A stretch of DNA of 60,502 nt, from the IMG/VR virus record IMGVR_UViG_2061766007_000271. One strand, 5' to 3'. This stretch comes from an uncultured virus (IMG/VR IMGVR_UViG_2061766007_000271). Lineage: Duplodnaviria; Heunggongvirae; Uroviricota; Caudoviricetes. Position numbers and translations under genes: made by a program. This document shows, one piece after another, positions 9,538 to 19,499 of the stretch; position 1 is the first letter of the stretch, and every line of letters starts with the position of its first letter. The notes under the pieces were generated by a model. That model saw only the letters and a list, made by a program, of their open reading frames with translations, was not told the origin of the DNA and ran no database searches.

Positions 9538-9792
9538 TTAGAGTTCAACTTCGCCTGCGATTACAATGTCGTTCTTGTACCAGTTGTCCACAAGGTCGCA
9601 CAGATACTCCTCGTTGTCGTCGCCCTCGGCATCCAGCGTGCATTCGTAGAGGAACTTGTCGCTTTCAGCCATGTGGTCTATTATGTCAAGCAGTTTCTCA
9701 ACCTGCTTCTGGTTGAACTCGTCAATCTCATGCCTCATTCCATTCACGACAACTCCGTAGCAGGGATGTGGCTGGCATTTGTACTGTTCCAT
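9538..9792 (-). CDS. acidic hypothetical protein
   Basis: ORF with GAGGAG SD. Confidence 0.8.
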   Translation of the reverse strand: MEQYKCQPHPCYGVVVNGMRHEIDEFNQKQVEKLLDIIDHMAESDKFLYECTLDAEGDDNEEYLCDLVDNWYKNDIVIAGEVEL

Positions 9793-9825
9793 ATGATGTA
9801 TCTCCTCTCATTGGTGGAAACCTCT

Positions 9826-9897
9826 GCCGAACTGGGGACATGGCACTTGCCAGCCTCTCGGCACTTGCATTATATGCCAGTCCAACAAGGATTTCAA
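9826..9897 (-). promoter_or_regulatory. class B promoter + leader hairpin
   Basis: consensus match. Confidence 0.85.
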
Positions 9898-10020
9898 CAC
9901 GAATGCGAAAAAAATCTTCTGCGATGCATGGTGATTGAATACATGTGGCGAATGCGGTGCAGACAAAAAAGAGAGCGGTGGACATGAAATCCACCGCCCT
10001 CTGTGATTCAAAAACGGCTG

Positions 10021-10260
10021 TTAGAGTTCAGCCACTCCGTCCTCTATTGCATCCTGTGCAGTGCCGTACACGGGACTGTCGCCCACTTCGGACTCCGTGG
10101 CTTCCTCAACCTCAAAGCATGCGTCCACGTCCTCCTCGCCATCCTCAAGCATCTGGAATTCCAGATAACTGCGAAAGTCCTCGGCTTCGCTCTTTGCCTT
10201 GAAGAAAACAAGAACGTCATATTCGCCTTCGTGCGAAACAACTTTATAAAGCTTGTCCAT
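10021..10260 (-). CDS. acidic hypothetical protein
   Basis: start MDKLYK (or MQMDK) after AGGGA. Confidence 0.75.
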   Translation of the reverse strand: MDKLYKVVSHEGEYDVLVFFKAKSEAEDFRSYLEFQMLEDGEEDVDACFEVEEATESEVGDSPVYGTAQDAIEDGVAEL

Positions 10261-10360
10261 TTGCATTTCCCTTTCTGTTTGCCTTGGAGAAAACCGCCCA
10301 TTCATGTTTTGCCATGAATGGGCGACCCTTACAAGGAGTTAAAAATGACAGTCGCCAAAT

Positions 10361-10414
10361 CCAGCACTCGCTGGCTGGCACACACATTATATGCCAGTTT
10401 TCCTCGCTTTTCAA
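10361..10414 (-). promoter_or_regulatory. class B promoter with alternative leader
   Basis: leader shared with 7790-7843. Confidence 0.8.
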
Positions 10415-10483
10415 CGAAAAAGCAAAAAATTCCTGAAAAAAGCCACGCGCAGTGCACAATGCCACATGTGGCATTCAATGCCT

Positions 10484-10894
10484 TCACTCCATGAATGCAT
10501 GACCTATTCTTATGCATATGCCATTCGCCCTGTCCACCATCACTGGCTTGTAGCCGTTGTCAAGCAGTCTGCACACCACGATTCCAAGCACCTTGTCCAC
10601 CTGCGAGTCATCCAGCAGTTCCAGCACGTCAAGTGCATACACTCCCTCTGGCTTGCCACAGTCAATCTCATTGGAAAGCCATCGCATGACTGCCTCGGCA
10701 TACTCGTCGCTGGTCGCATTCCTCGCCTTCATTCTGAACAGGCATGTGAACAGGGCGTGGTTGTGAATGGTCACCCCATAGCCACGGAGTATCATGTTCG
10801 TCAGCAAGGCAGACATGGCAACGGCAAATACAACAATCATCGCACAGGACATTGGGCAGTTCCTCTCTCTTTCGGTTTTCTTGATGAATGGCAA
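10484..10894 (-). CDS. hypothetical protein, start uncertain (IS end adjacent)
   Basis: ORF track. Confidence 0.55.
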   Translation of the reverse strand: MPFIKKTERERNCPMSCAMIVVFAVAMSALLTNMILRGYGVTIHNHALFTCLFRMKARNATSDEYAEAVMRWLSNEIDCGKPEGVYALDVLELLDDSQVDKVLGIVVCRLLDNGYKPVMVDRANGICIRIGHAFME

Positions 10895-10923
10895 TCTTCA
10901 CAGTTATCTAAATTAGCAATTAA

Positions 10924-12231
10924 TCATATAAAATCATATAATTTTACATGACTTCGTTGCGAATNNNNNNNNNNNNNNNNNNNNNNNNNNNNNNNNNNNN
11001 NNNNNNNNNNNNNNNNNNNNNNNNNNNNNNNNNNNNNNNNNNNNNNNNNNNNNNNNNNNNNNNNNNNNNNNNNNNNNNNNNNNNNNNNNNNNNNNNNNNN
11101 NNNNNNNNNNNNNNNNNNNNNNNNNNNNNNNNNNNNNNNNNNNNNNNNNNNNNNNNNNNNNNNNNNNNNNNNNNNNNNNNNNNNNNNNNNNNNNNNNNNN
11201 NNNNNNNNNNNNNNNNNNNNNNNNNNNNNNNNNNNNNNNNNNNNNNNNNNNNNNNNNNNNNNNNNNNNNNNNNNNNNNNNNNNNNNNNNNNNNNNNNNNN
11301 NNNNNNNNNNNNNNNNNNNNNNNNNNNNNNNNNNNNNNNNNNNNNNNNNNNNNNNNNNNNNNNNNNNNNNNNNNNNNNNNNNNNNNNNNNNNNNNNNNNN
11401 NNNNNNNNNNNNNNNNNNNNNNNNNNNNNNNNNNNNNNNNNNNNNNNNNNNNNNNNNNNNNNNNNNNCTTGAAGCATAATTTTTCTTGCTGTCAAAATCA
11501 TTAAGTTCTTTTACATTATAAACGATTTTATCAATAATTTGATTTTCATCTTGTATGACAAGTGCTACATAATTTGGATTTAAATCAATTGAAGCAATTC
11601 TATTTTGAATTCCATGATAATCATGGTTGGCAAAGATAGATTCATCAAAAACAAGATAAATATAATCTTCGTCAATTTCAATTGTGAATTCAATTGATTT
11701 CTTGTTTTTATCATGCATTTCTTGCAATTTGAAAAGAAGATTTTCGTCTTGTTTTGAATATGAGTTCAATAAAATATCATAATGATGGCTTTTATCTCTT
11801 TTAAAAATGATTTTATGATTCTTTAAATCAATATCAAATTTTCTGTTTCCATTGTCATTTTTACTTCCTGTATATCTAATTGGAAGCAAAACATTTTTCT
11901 GAAATTGTTCTTGTGTGATATTCAATTTATTTCTTTGCAGAAAATTATATCTTCCACCAAATACCACTTTTCCACATGTTCCATCATCATTCTTATTAAC
12001 TTTATATATTGCCTTTGCCTTTAATACGGCTTGTTTAATAAATGAAGCGTCCAACAAATCAATATGATTCATATTTGTTTTTACAAGTTGCTCAATTATG
12101 GAATCTTTTAAAGAACCTTTTGAATCCACATATTTATTGAAAGCATAATGTATCACATGATTAAATTGAGCATAAAATTGCTTCAATTCATCATCAAAAA
12201 TAAAATTATGCTTTAATTTCTTCGTTATCAT
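10924..12231 (-). CDS. tnpB: IS607 TnpB RNA-guided endonuclease (gapped)
   Basis: RuvC-I IASIDLNPN; follows serine recombinase. Confidence 0.85.
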   Translation of the reverse strand: MITKKLKHNFIFDDELKQFYAQFNHVIHYAFNKYVDSKGSLKDSIIEQLVKTNMNHIDLLDASFIKQAVLKAKAIYKVNKNDDGTCGKVVFGGRYNFLQRNKLNITQEQFQKNVLLPIRYTGSKNDNGNRKFDIDLKNHKIIFKRDKSHHYDILLNSYSKQDENLLFKLQEMHDKNKKSIEFTIEIDEDYIYLVFDESIFANHDYHGIQNRIASIDLNPNYVALVIQDENQIIDKIVYNVKELNDFDSKKNYASXXXXXXXXXXXXXXXXXXXXXXXXXXXXXXXXXXXXXXXXXXXXXXXXXXXXXXXXXXXXXXXXXXXXXXXXXXXXXXXXXXXXXXXXXXXXXXXXXXXXXXXXXXXXXXXXXXXXXXXXXXXXXXXXXXXXXXXXXXXXXXXXXXXXXXXXXXXXXXXXXXXXXXXXXSQRSHVKLYDFI

Positions 12232-12352
12232 TGCTCAAGTTCTTCCTTAATCTTTTTTGCTTTATTATGACCTCGTCTTAATCCATATAATCTGCAACAA
12301 AAACTCGTTACTATTGAAATCATGTCTTTCATTAAATCTTCTTCGTCATTGT
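12228..12352 (-). CDS. tnpA: IS607 TnpA serine recombinase, C-terminal fragment
   Basis: manual translation EEDLMKDMISIVTSFCCRLYGLRR matches the IS607 TnpA C-terminus. Confidence 0.85.
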
Positions 12353-12975
12353 NNNNNNNNNNNNNNNNNNNNNNNNNNNNNNNNNNNNNNNNNNNNNNNN
12401 NNNNNNNNNNNNNNNNNNNNNNNNNNNNNNNNNNNNNNNNNNNNNNNNNNNNNNNNNNNNNNNNNNNNNNNNNNNNNNNNNNNNNNNNNNNNNNNNNNNN
12501 NNNNNNNNNNNNNNNNNNNNNNNNNNNNNNNNNNNNNNNNNNNNNNNNNNNNNNNNNNNNNNNNNNNNNNNNNNNNNNNNNNNNNNNNNNNNNNNNNNNN
12601 NNNNNNNNNNNNNNNNNNNNNNNNNNNNNNNNNNNNNNNNNNNNNNNNNNNNNNNNNNNNNNNNNNNNNNNNNNNNNNNNNNNNNNNNNNNNNNNNNNNN
12701 NNNNNNNNNNNNNNNNNNNNNNNNNNNNNNNNNNNNNNNNNNNNNNNNNNNNNNNNNNNNNNNNNNNNNNNNNNNNNNNNNNNNNNNNNNNNNNNNNNNN
12801 NNNNNNNNNNNNNNNNNNNNNNNNNNNNNNNNNNNNNNNNNNNNNNNNNNNNNNNNNNNNNNNNNNNNNNNNNNNNNNNNNNNNNNNNNNNNNNNNNNNN
12901 TCTCACATGGCTGAATGAAAAAAGAGCCAGTGGCTCAATTTTTGCCACTGGCTCTGCAAGGAACGCCTGTGCCTG

Positions 12976-13164
12976 TCAATATGGTGCTTTGCACATGGAT
13001 GCCTCAAGTTCACGCAGGAACTTCTTATAGTCGTCATCCAGTGGCTCAAGGCACTCCGCCTCGTCTGGATGCCAGACGTCATTCGGCAAGCCGAACACCA
13101 TCTTCTCCTTCATCGCCCTCTCAATGAGAGAGGACTTCAGTTCCTCGAATTCCCTTCTCGTCAT
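12976..13164 (-). CDS. hypothetical protein
   Basis: GAGGAG SD; followed by terminator. Confidence 0.7.
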   Translation of the reverse strand: MTRREFEELKSSLIERAMKEKMVFGLPNDVWHPDEAECLEPLDDDYKKFLRELEASMCKAPY

Positions 13165-13384
13165 ATGAGTGCACTCCTCTTATCTTGTAAAAAAGTCCAT
13201 GATGAAAAAACCAGCCAGTATCTGAAGCCACTCCATGCTCAATCACCTCCTTTGTCAAAGAACAGTGTCAGCAGGAAAAAATACGCAAGGATCCATTTCA
13301 TTTTTCATTCTCCTATTTTGGGGTTGGGGGTTGTGGCAGGGTCTTGCNNNNNNNNNNNNNNNNNNNNNNNNNNNNNNNNNNNNN

Positions 13385-13503
13385 GTCGCCGACCAGCCAA
13401 GTGCCTCCTTTGCCTTCGCACATGCCTCGGCACTGGAGCTGGCATGGACATTCATCTGTTCGTCACGCCCATCCTTCGTGTAGTACACCACCAACTTGCT
13501 CAT
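13385..13503 (-). CDS. small hypothetical protein, 3' end in gap
   Basis: AGGAGA SD after class B promoter. Confidence 0.6.
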
Positions 13504-13536
13504 TCTTTCATTCTCCTATTTTGGGGTTGCGTCTCC

Positions 13537-13609
13537 GCCAAACTGAGGAGTGGCAGGTGTGCCATCCTCTCGGCACATACATTATAAGCCAACTGGACAG
13601 GAATTTCAA
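13537..13609 (-). promoter_or_regulatory. class B promoter + leader hairpin
   Basis: consensus match. Confidence 0.8.
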
Positions 13610-13958
13610 CGGAAATGCAAAAAATCTTCATTCCAGTGGAATCCACAACATGCCTGCATATTCAATCTCATATCCAAAGCCACCAGTAAAAAGAAAAAAG
13701 CCACGCAGGGGAAGAATTGTAGAACCCTGCGTGGCTTGAGGAAACCAGACGGCAAGAGGGAAAACACTTGAAAAACCCCTGCCTCTGGTGATGAAGACGC
13801 TGGTGGAACGTGAACAAAAAAGCATTTCCAGCGTCTTCGGCGATAAGAACAGCAACAAGGAAAAGGTAATGGGGAAACCCTGTCGCTGGCTTTTGTGAAA
13901 GAGCCACACGCAAGAGGCAAACAACGGAAATCCCCCTGCGTATGGCTGGAAGATGATA

Positions 13959-14273
13959 TTAGAACTCCGTGGTAATCACGTTGCCCATTTTCTTGTCAAG
14001 GAAGACCACTTCCACTTTGGGTGAAAGGTGGAACCCGAAAGAGGGACGGACTGTTGCGACTGTCCACTTCCTGCCGTCGCCACGCTCCTTGTCAGTCCAG
14101 TTGCGTGGGACTGCGATGGTAGCCACGACCTTGCCATTCACCGACTTGACAAGTCGGTTGTTGTCCCAGTCACGGTACACACGCACGTCATATTCCTTCT
14201 TGCTGAACATACGGCGGAAGCCTGTGGTTGCGAACAGGGTCTGGCAGTTGGCTGTAATGTCTTTCTTTGTCAT
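13959..14273 (-). CDS. basic hypothetical protein
   Basis: AAGGAGAG SD. Confidence 0.8.
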   Translation of the reverse strand: MTKKDITANCQTLFATTGFRRMFSKKEYDVRVYRDWDNNRLVKSVNGKVVATIAVPRNWTDKERGDGRKWTVATVRPSFGFHLSPKVEVVFLDKKMGNVITTEF

Positions 14274-14308
14274 AAGGCAAACTCTCCTTGCTAGGGGTGA
14301 AACTCCGT

Positions 14309-14385
14309 GCCGATTTTGTGTGAGTGGAGCAAGTGGCTCTTCCTCTCGGCACTCACATTATATGCCAGTCGGAACTGGATTTCAA
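14309..14385 (-). promoter_or_regulatory. class B promoter + leader hairpin
   Basis: consensus match. Confidence 0.85.
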
Positions 14386-14435
14386 CGATTTTTGAAGATT
14401 TTCTTGAAAATCCCCAAAAAAGCGAAATCCGATTT

Positions 14436-14479
14436 CCTTTCGGCACTCACATAATATGCCATTTCAAAACAAATTTCAA
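14436..14479 (-). promoter_or_regulatory. tandem class B promoter with truncated leader
   Basis: TTGAAA-N17-TATTAT then GCCGAAAGG, no ORF. Confidence 0.75.
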
Positions 14480-14608
14480 AGATGATTGAAGATTTTCCGT
14501 TTTTCCACGCATATGACCAGCCAGAATGATTGAATACCATCGCAGAATGAATGAAAACAAAAAAAGACTGGTCGCAACCTGCGACCAGTCCACAATTCAT
14601 GCCGTTGC

Positions 14609-14932
14609 CTACTGGTGGACGTCATACAGTTTGAGCCATGTGTCATCCTCGTATGCATCCAGTATCTCCTTCACCTGCTCGATGGTGTCTATTTCACGAT
14701 ACTGTCCATATTCCAGCACTGCACCACACTGCTCAAATACCGCCTGTGGATTGCGTTTGAACGCCTTCTTCACGTCCCCTATTGTGAGAAACTCGTCTAT
14801 CCCCTTGCGTCCTATCTTCTGCTTGGTTTCGTTGTCAAAGTCCACATAGTCCCATAGTTCGCCAGTCAGGGCATTCATTACAGATTCACAGTCCCTTGAA
14901 ATGCACATTACAGTAATATGGCTCATCTTCAC
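14609..14932 (-). CDS. hypothetical protein
   Basis: AAGGAGAG SD. Confidence 0.8.
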   Translation of the reverse strand: MKMSHITVMCISRDCESVMNALTGELWDYVDFDNETKQKIGRKGIDEFLTIGDVKKAFKRNPQAVFEQCGAVLEYGQYREIDTIEQVKEILDAYEDDTWLKLYDVHQ

Positions 14933-14956
14933 TCTCCTTGCTATGGTTCAGCCTAT

Positions 14957-15029
14957 GCCGAATTGAGGACAAGGCAAATGCCCTGCCTCTCGGCACTGAC
15001 ATTATATGCCAGTTGGACCTGGATTTCAA
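14957..15029 (-). promoter_or_regulatory. class B promoter + leader hairpin
   Basis: consensus match. Confidence 0.85.
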
Positions 15030-15103
15030 CAAAAACAGACAAAAAAATTAAAGGCAATTGGCGATGGCATGCATATTCAATCTTCACGGCAAATGCAGGA
15101 ATG

Positions 15104-15695
15104 AAAAATGCCCCTGCTGGAAAGGAAGATAACGGCTTCAATTCCAGCAGGGGCTACTCCACAACCCTTAACTAGGAGTAACAAATAAGGAGAAAATTTC
15201 CAAATGCCGATTTCGGTCTGCAAGGGGCTTACTCTCGGCTGATGTATTGCAGATGGCTGTCTTCCACCTGCGTTGTGATTTCCCTGCATTCACAACAATA
15301 TTGACTGCTTCAAGAGGAAGGGTCTGCCCCAAAGCACAGTCCTCTTCGGCGTGGCTGTAGAGAAAATTGACCAGCCTTTCCTTGTGAGGTCAAGCCGATG
15401 ACCTCATGGTGGCGAAACCCCGTTCTGCCAATTCCACCAGTGGCTCTTATTTGACTTCCCCATCATGGGGAAAGCCCTCCTTTTCAGCCACGAGGGACTG
15501 CATGCCCATCATTTTCGCCATCACCACGCATCGTCCCATGCATGGCAACCCCTGCTGGCACAAGACCCAAGAGAACAGGCAGTCCTGTGCCGAGACCCCG
15601 CCATTTGAATTGTGGAAAAGTGCAAACCACAACTGAACTCTGGCGTCATTCCTCGCACTAGGTCTGCAAGGCAATGTCGCAGGATTTCGTTTCAA
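15104..15695 (-). ncRNA. candidate large structured ncRNA (~590 nt)
   Basis: own promoter and terminator, no credible ORF, >=8 hairpins. Confidence 0.5.
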
Positions 15696-15700
15696 CGCCA

Positions 15701-15730
15701 ATAATATGGCGTGTGTTTAAGAAATTTCAA
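15701..15730 (-). promoter_or_regulatory. promoter TTGAAA-N18-TATTAT followed by TGGCGTT (as in class C)
   Basis: hybrid of class B -35 and class C start region. Confidence 0.6.
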
Positions 15731-15861
15731 ATCGCCATTCAAAAAAATTTTTCACATTGCCACCAGATTATTCAATCACCCATGGAATCAAGGCAATCAG
15801 TCTGTCAATGCGACAAGGATAATGAAATCAGTGCTGGCACTCGGATAAGGCATGGAGAAAA

Positions 15862-15909
15862 CCGATTAATCGGCACGAAACCGATTAATCGGTGCTTCAC
15901 CGATTATCG
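15862..15909. repeat. palindromic CCGATTAATCGG x2 + partial third, 19-bp period
   Basis: 15862-15873, 15881-15892, 15900-15909. Confidence 0.75.
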
Positions 15910-16040
15910 TGTGGACTGGATGATTCCAGTCCACGATTTTTCAATTGCATGGCACAAGCATGTATTCAATCACCTGACTGCTGACATGAAAACAAAAAAA
16001 TGCGGAGCCGAATGGCTCTGCATTCTGTCTCACGCTGGTG

Positions 16041-16232
16041 TCAGTCCACTTTCGTTTCCTGCACTTCCACTATTGCCTTGCATTCGCTTTTGAGAAGTTG
16101 TGCCTCCGTTATGTGCAGTTTGCCAGAGCAAAGCATCTCCAGCATCTTCTGCTCTGCATCTTCCTCGCTGTCGGCTTCTATCTGCCTTTCAAGGCAGTTC
16201 GTCTCAATGTACTGGACAATGTATTTCCTCAT
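16041..16232 (-). CDS. DpnD/PcfM-like small protein (IEADSEEDA)
   Basis: motif; GGAGGTG SD. Confidence 0.7.
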   Translation of the reverse strand: MRKYIVQYIETNCLERQIEADSEEDAEQKMLEMLCSGKLHITEAQLLKSECKAIVEVQETKVD

Positions 16233-16246
16233 TCCGTCCACCTCCG

Positions 16247-16576
16247 TTAAAGTCCAAAGCCATACTGCTTGTCGCCAGTCTGGACAATGCCGATGGTTTC
16301 GCAGGTGCTTATGAGGTCATCCATGCCAATGCCCCACTCGTGGAGTTGCTCCTTTAGGTCTCGGTCTGTCCAAGGCTCTTCAAAGTTCGGCACAAGCAGG
16401 GACGCCTGTATCCCGTCAACGCCCTCGCTCCTTTCGTGCTGTGGACGTGCGAGAAGCACATAAGGCACGTTGTCAATGCTGACACGCACCTCATTGCCCT
16501 CATACAGAAAGTCAAGAAGTTCCTCTTCGCTGGCGAAGGTGTAAAGTTCCGTAAAGTAACTGGTGATTTTTTCCAT
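16247..16576 (-). CDS. acidic hypothetical protein
   Basis: start MEKITSY after leader. Confidence 0.75.
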   Translation of the reverse strand: MEKITSYFTELYTFASEEELLDFLYEGNEVRVSIDNVPYVLLARPQHERSEGVDGIQASLLVPNFEEPWTDRDLKEQLHEWGIGMDDLISTCETIGIVQTGDKQYGFGL

Positions 16577-16607
16577 TGTTGCTCTCATGTCAAGGGGTTG
16601 CGTCTCT

Positions 16608-16680
16608 GCCGAACTGGGGAGTGGCAGATGTGCCATCCTCTCGGCACATACATTATATGCCAGTCCAAGACCGATTTCAA
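16608..16680 (-). promoter_or_regulatory. class B promoter + leader hairpin
   Basis: consensus match. Confidence 0.85.
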
Positions 16681-16957
16681 CGAAATCAATGAAAAAATCC
16701 TGTGGCACAAATATATTCAATGCATGTGGGAAAATAACAACTAACAAAAAATCTATCAAAATCTACAATTTTCTGCTAAAATCTCCTCTTTGAAAAAAAT
16801 TGATTTAACTTTTTGTTTATATAGTATAATATAGTGTAAGAACAAGATTTTTCAGTGATTGATTGCGCCTTTCATTGAAGATAAACCATATTAGATTTAG
16901 ACCTCCTTTTGAGTGATGGCGCAATCATCCTCATCTGGAGGTTTTCTTTTTCCAGAA

Positions 16958-19499
16958 ATGAAGCAAACAAGCAGATACAGCAAGAGTTTTTATAGTGATG
17001 GATTGACTGATAAGAAGTATCAGGAAATCCATAAACTTGCTGTTTCTATTCAAAGTGCTAAGAACAAGATTTCTGGAATTGTCAATCAGGACTTGTTCAA
17101 ATATCTGGAAATNNNNNNNNNNNNNNNNNNNNNNNNNNNNNNNNNNNNNNNNNNNNNNNNNNNNNNNNNNNNNNNNNNNNNNNNNNNNNNNNNNNNNNNN
17201 NNNNNNNNNNNNNNNNNNNNNNNNNNNNNNNNNNNNNNNNNNNNNNNNNNNNNNNNNNNNNNNNNNNNNNNNNNNNNNNNNNNNNNNNNNNNNNNNNNNN
17301 NNNNNNNNGGTCATTAATTCCTTTGCAAACATCTCGTGGCATCTCAAGGATAGGAAGAAAATGACGATTCCGATGAAATACTCGAAGGATTTTCATGGTG
17401 AATTGAAGAGATATACCAACGGTACTGATACAGCATATACAATTTGTCTGGAAGATAATAATCAAATCAGAATGATTCTGTCATACGAAGATGAGCGAGA
17501 ATTTCCTGACGCAAGAAATAGAATCGTTGGTATAGATGTCAATTCCAAACACAATCTTATGACCTGCTCGAATGGATATGAGATAGATTTTGACAGGGAA
17601 CTAGTAGAAGAATTATCCAGAGAACTCAAAAAGATAGATGAATTAAAGAAAAGAAATTCAAATTATGAGATTGGTAAAAGGAAACAAAACAAGATAAATC
17701 ATCTGAACAGGGAGCTTATTTCTAAAATCAGAGAGGAAATAGCGAATCTTTGCAAAAGATTAAAGAAGCATCATTATCATCATGCAGTCTTTGAGGATTT
17801 GGATAATCAGTTTGGTTCTACATTTGCAAAAGACGAGAATGACTTAAATTACAATAGAAGATTGAGGATTTTACATCTTGGCGATTTGAAAAATGAATTT
17901 GAGCATATAGCAAGGAAATATGGAATAGCAGTTTCTCTGGTACAAAGTTTCTACACCAGTCAGACTTGTCCTAAATGTGGTTGCGTTGATAAAGAGAATA
18001 GAAAAGACCAGGAGCATTTCGAGTGCGTGGATTGTGGCTATAAAGCAAACGCAGACTTGAATGCTTCCAGAAACATCAGAAACAGAGTTGTCCAAGCAGT
18101 GCTTTGTGACTCGCTTCTCAAGAAGGACTNNNNNNNNNNGTCGAAGCACATGTTTCAGCAAGCGTTATGTGATATTGCAAAAGAGCAAAAGATAAGCAAT
18201 CATTTTATTTGGCAATTGTTGGATGATGTCTATGTATCCTATCAAAACAAATTCAATAATGTCAAGAGAAGACTAAAATTCCAGCATATCAGCGAATATC
18301 ATTTCAATTACTACAAGAGAAGTGGAAAAACAAAGAATGGAAGAGAATATCATTCAGGTGATTTCAAGAGCATCACAATCAAGCATGATGAAACACCTTT
18401 GAGCATTACTCTTACATATCTAGCCAGATACGGCTATTTTGGAATCGTGGATTATCTTCTTGAAAAGTTTGTTCAGGAAACAAATCCTGATAAAGAGAAA
18501 TTCTATGCTGATGTCCTTGACACGATTTACAAGTTTGGATTCACTAGACTGTTTGCCATTGCAATGAACAAAAGAAACAGAATAATCAAGCATTATTCAG
18601 AACGTCCTATTGAATTCCAGTCATTGAGTTTCAGAGGAAGAAGCCGTCTTTCTGAAGATATTGTTTCCATGAATGAAAATATGAAATCNNNNNNNNNNNN
18701 NNNNNNNNNNNNNNNNNNNNNNNNNNNNNNNNNNNNNNNNNNNNNNNNNNNNNNNNNNNNNNNNNNNNNNNNNNNNNNNNNNNNNNNNNNNNNNNNNNNN
18801 NNNNNNNNNNNNNNNNNNNNNNNNNNNNNNNNNNNNNNNNNNNNNNNNNNNNNNNNNNNNNNNNNNNNNNNNNNNNNNNNNNNNNNNNNNNNNNNNNNNN
18901 NNNNNNNNNNNNNNNNNNNNNNNNNNNNNNNNNNNNNNNNNNNNNNNNNNNNNNNNNNNNNNNNNNNNNNNNNNNNNNNNNNNNNNNNNNNNNNNNNNNN
19001 NNNNNNNNNNNNNNNNNNNNNNNNNNNNNNNNNNNNNNNNNNNNNNNNNNNNNNNNNNNNNNNNNNNNNNNNNNNNNNNNNNNNNNNNNNNNNNNNNNNN
19101 NNNNNNNNNNNNNNNNNNNNNNNNNNNNNNNNNNNNNNNNNNNNNNNNNNNNNNNNNNNNNNNNNNNNNNNNNNNNNNNNNNNNNNNNNNNNNNNNNNNN
19201 NNNNNNNNNNNNNNNNNNNNNNNNNNNNNNNNNNNNNNNNNNNNNNNNNNNNNNNNNNNNNNNNNNNNNNNNNNNNNNNNNNNNNNNNNNNNNNNNNNNN
19301 NNNNNNNNNNNNNNNNNNNNNNNNNNNNNNNNNNNNNNNNNNNNNNNNNNNNNNNNNNNNNNNNNNNNNNNNNNNNNNNNNNNNNNNNNNNNNNNNNNNN
19401 NNNNNNGAAAATTCCAGTGCGTTCATTCCCAAAGTCAATTCGAAGGAAAAGGTGAGGGAAATACTGGAAAGGTTGCGTAACAGCTTGATTTGTGTATAA
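16958..19499 (+). CDS. tnpB: TnpB/Cas12f-like RuvC nuclease (~540 aa visible; contigs probably mis-ordered)
   Basis: GIDVN, VFEDL, YTSQTCPKCG..CVDCG, ADLNASRNI. Confidence 0.9.

Larger units (their letters stand above)
10900..12352 (-). mobile_element. IS607-family element (left end in gap)
   Basis: tnpA-tnpB ATGA coupling, low GC, TATATGATT repeats at end. Confidence 0.9.

Noticed and set aside
13307..13529. 23-bp duplicated RBS region flanking a gap
   Set aside because: Cannot be separated from a scaffolding artefact.
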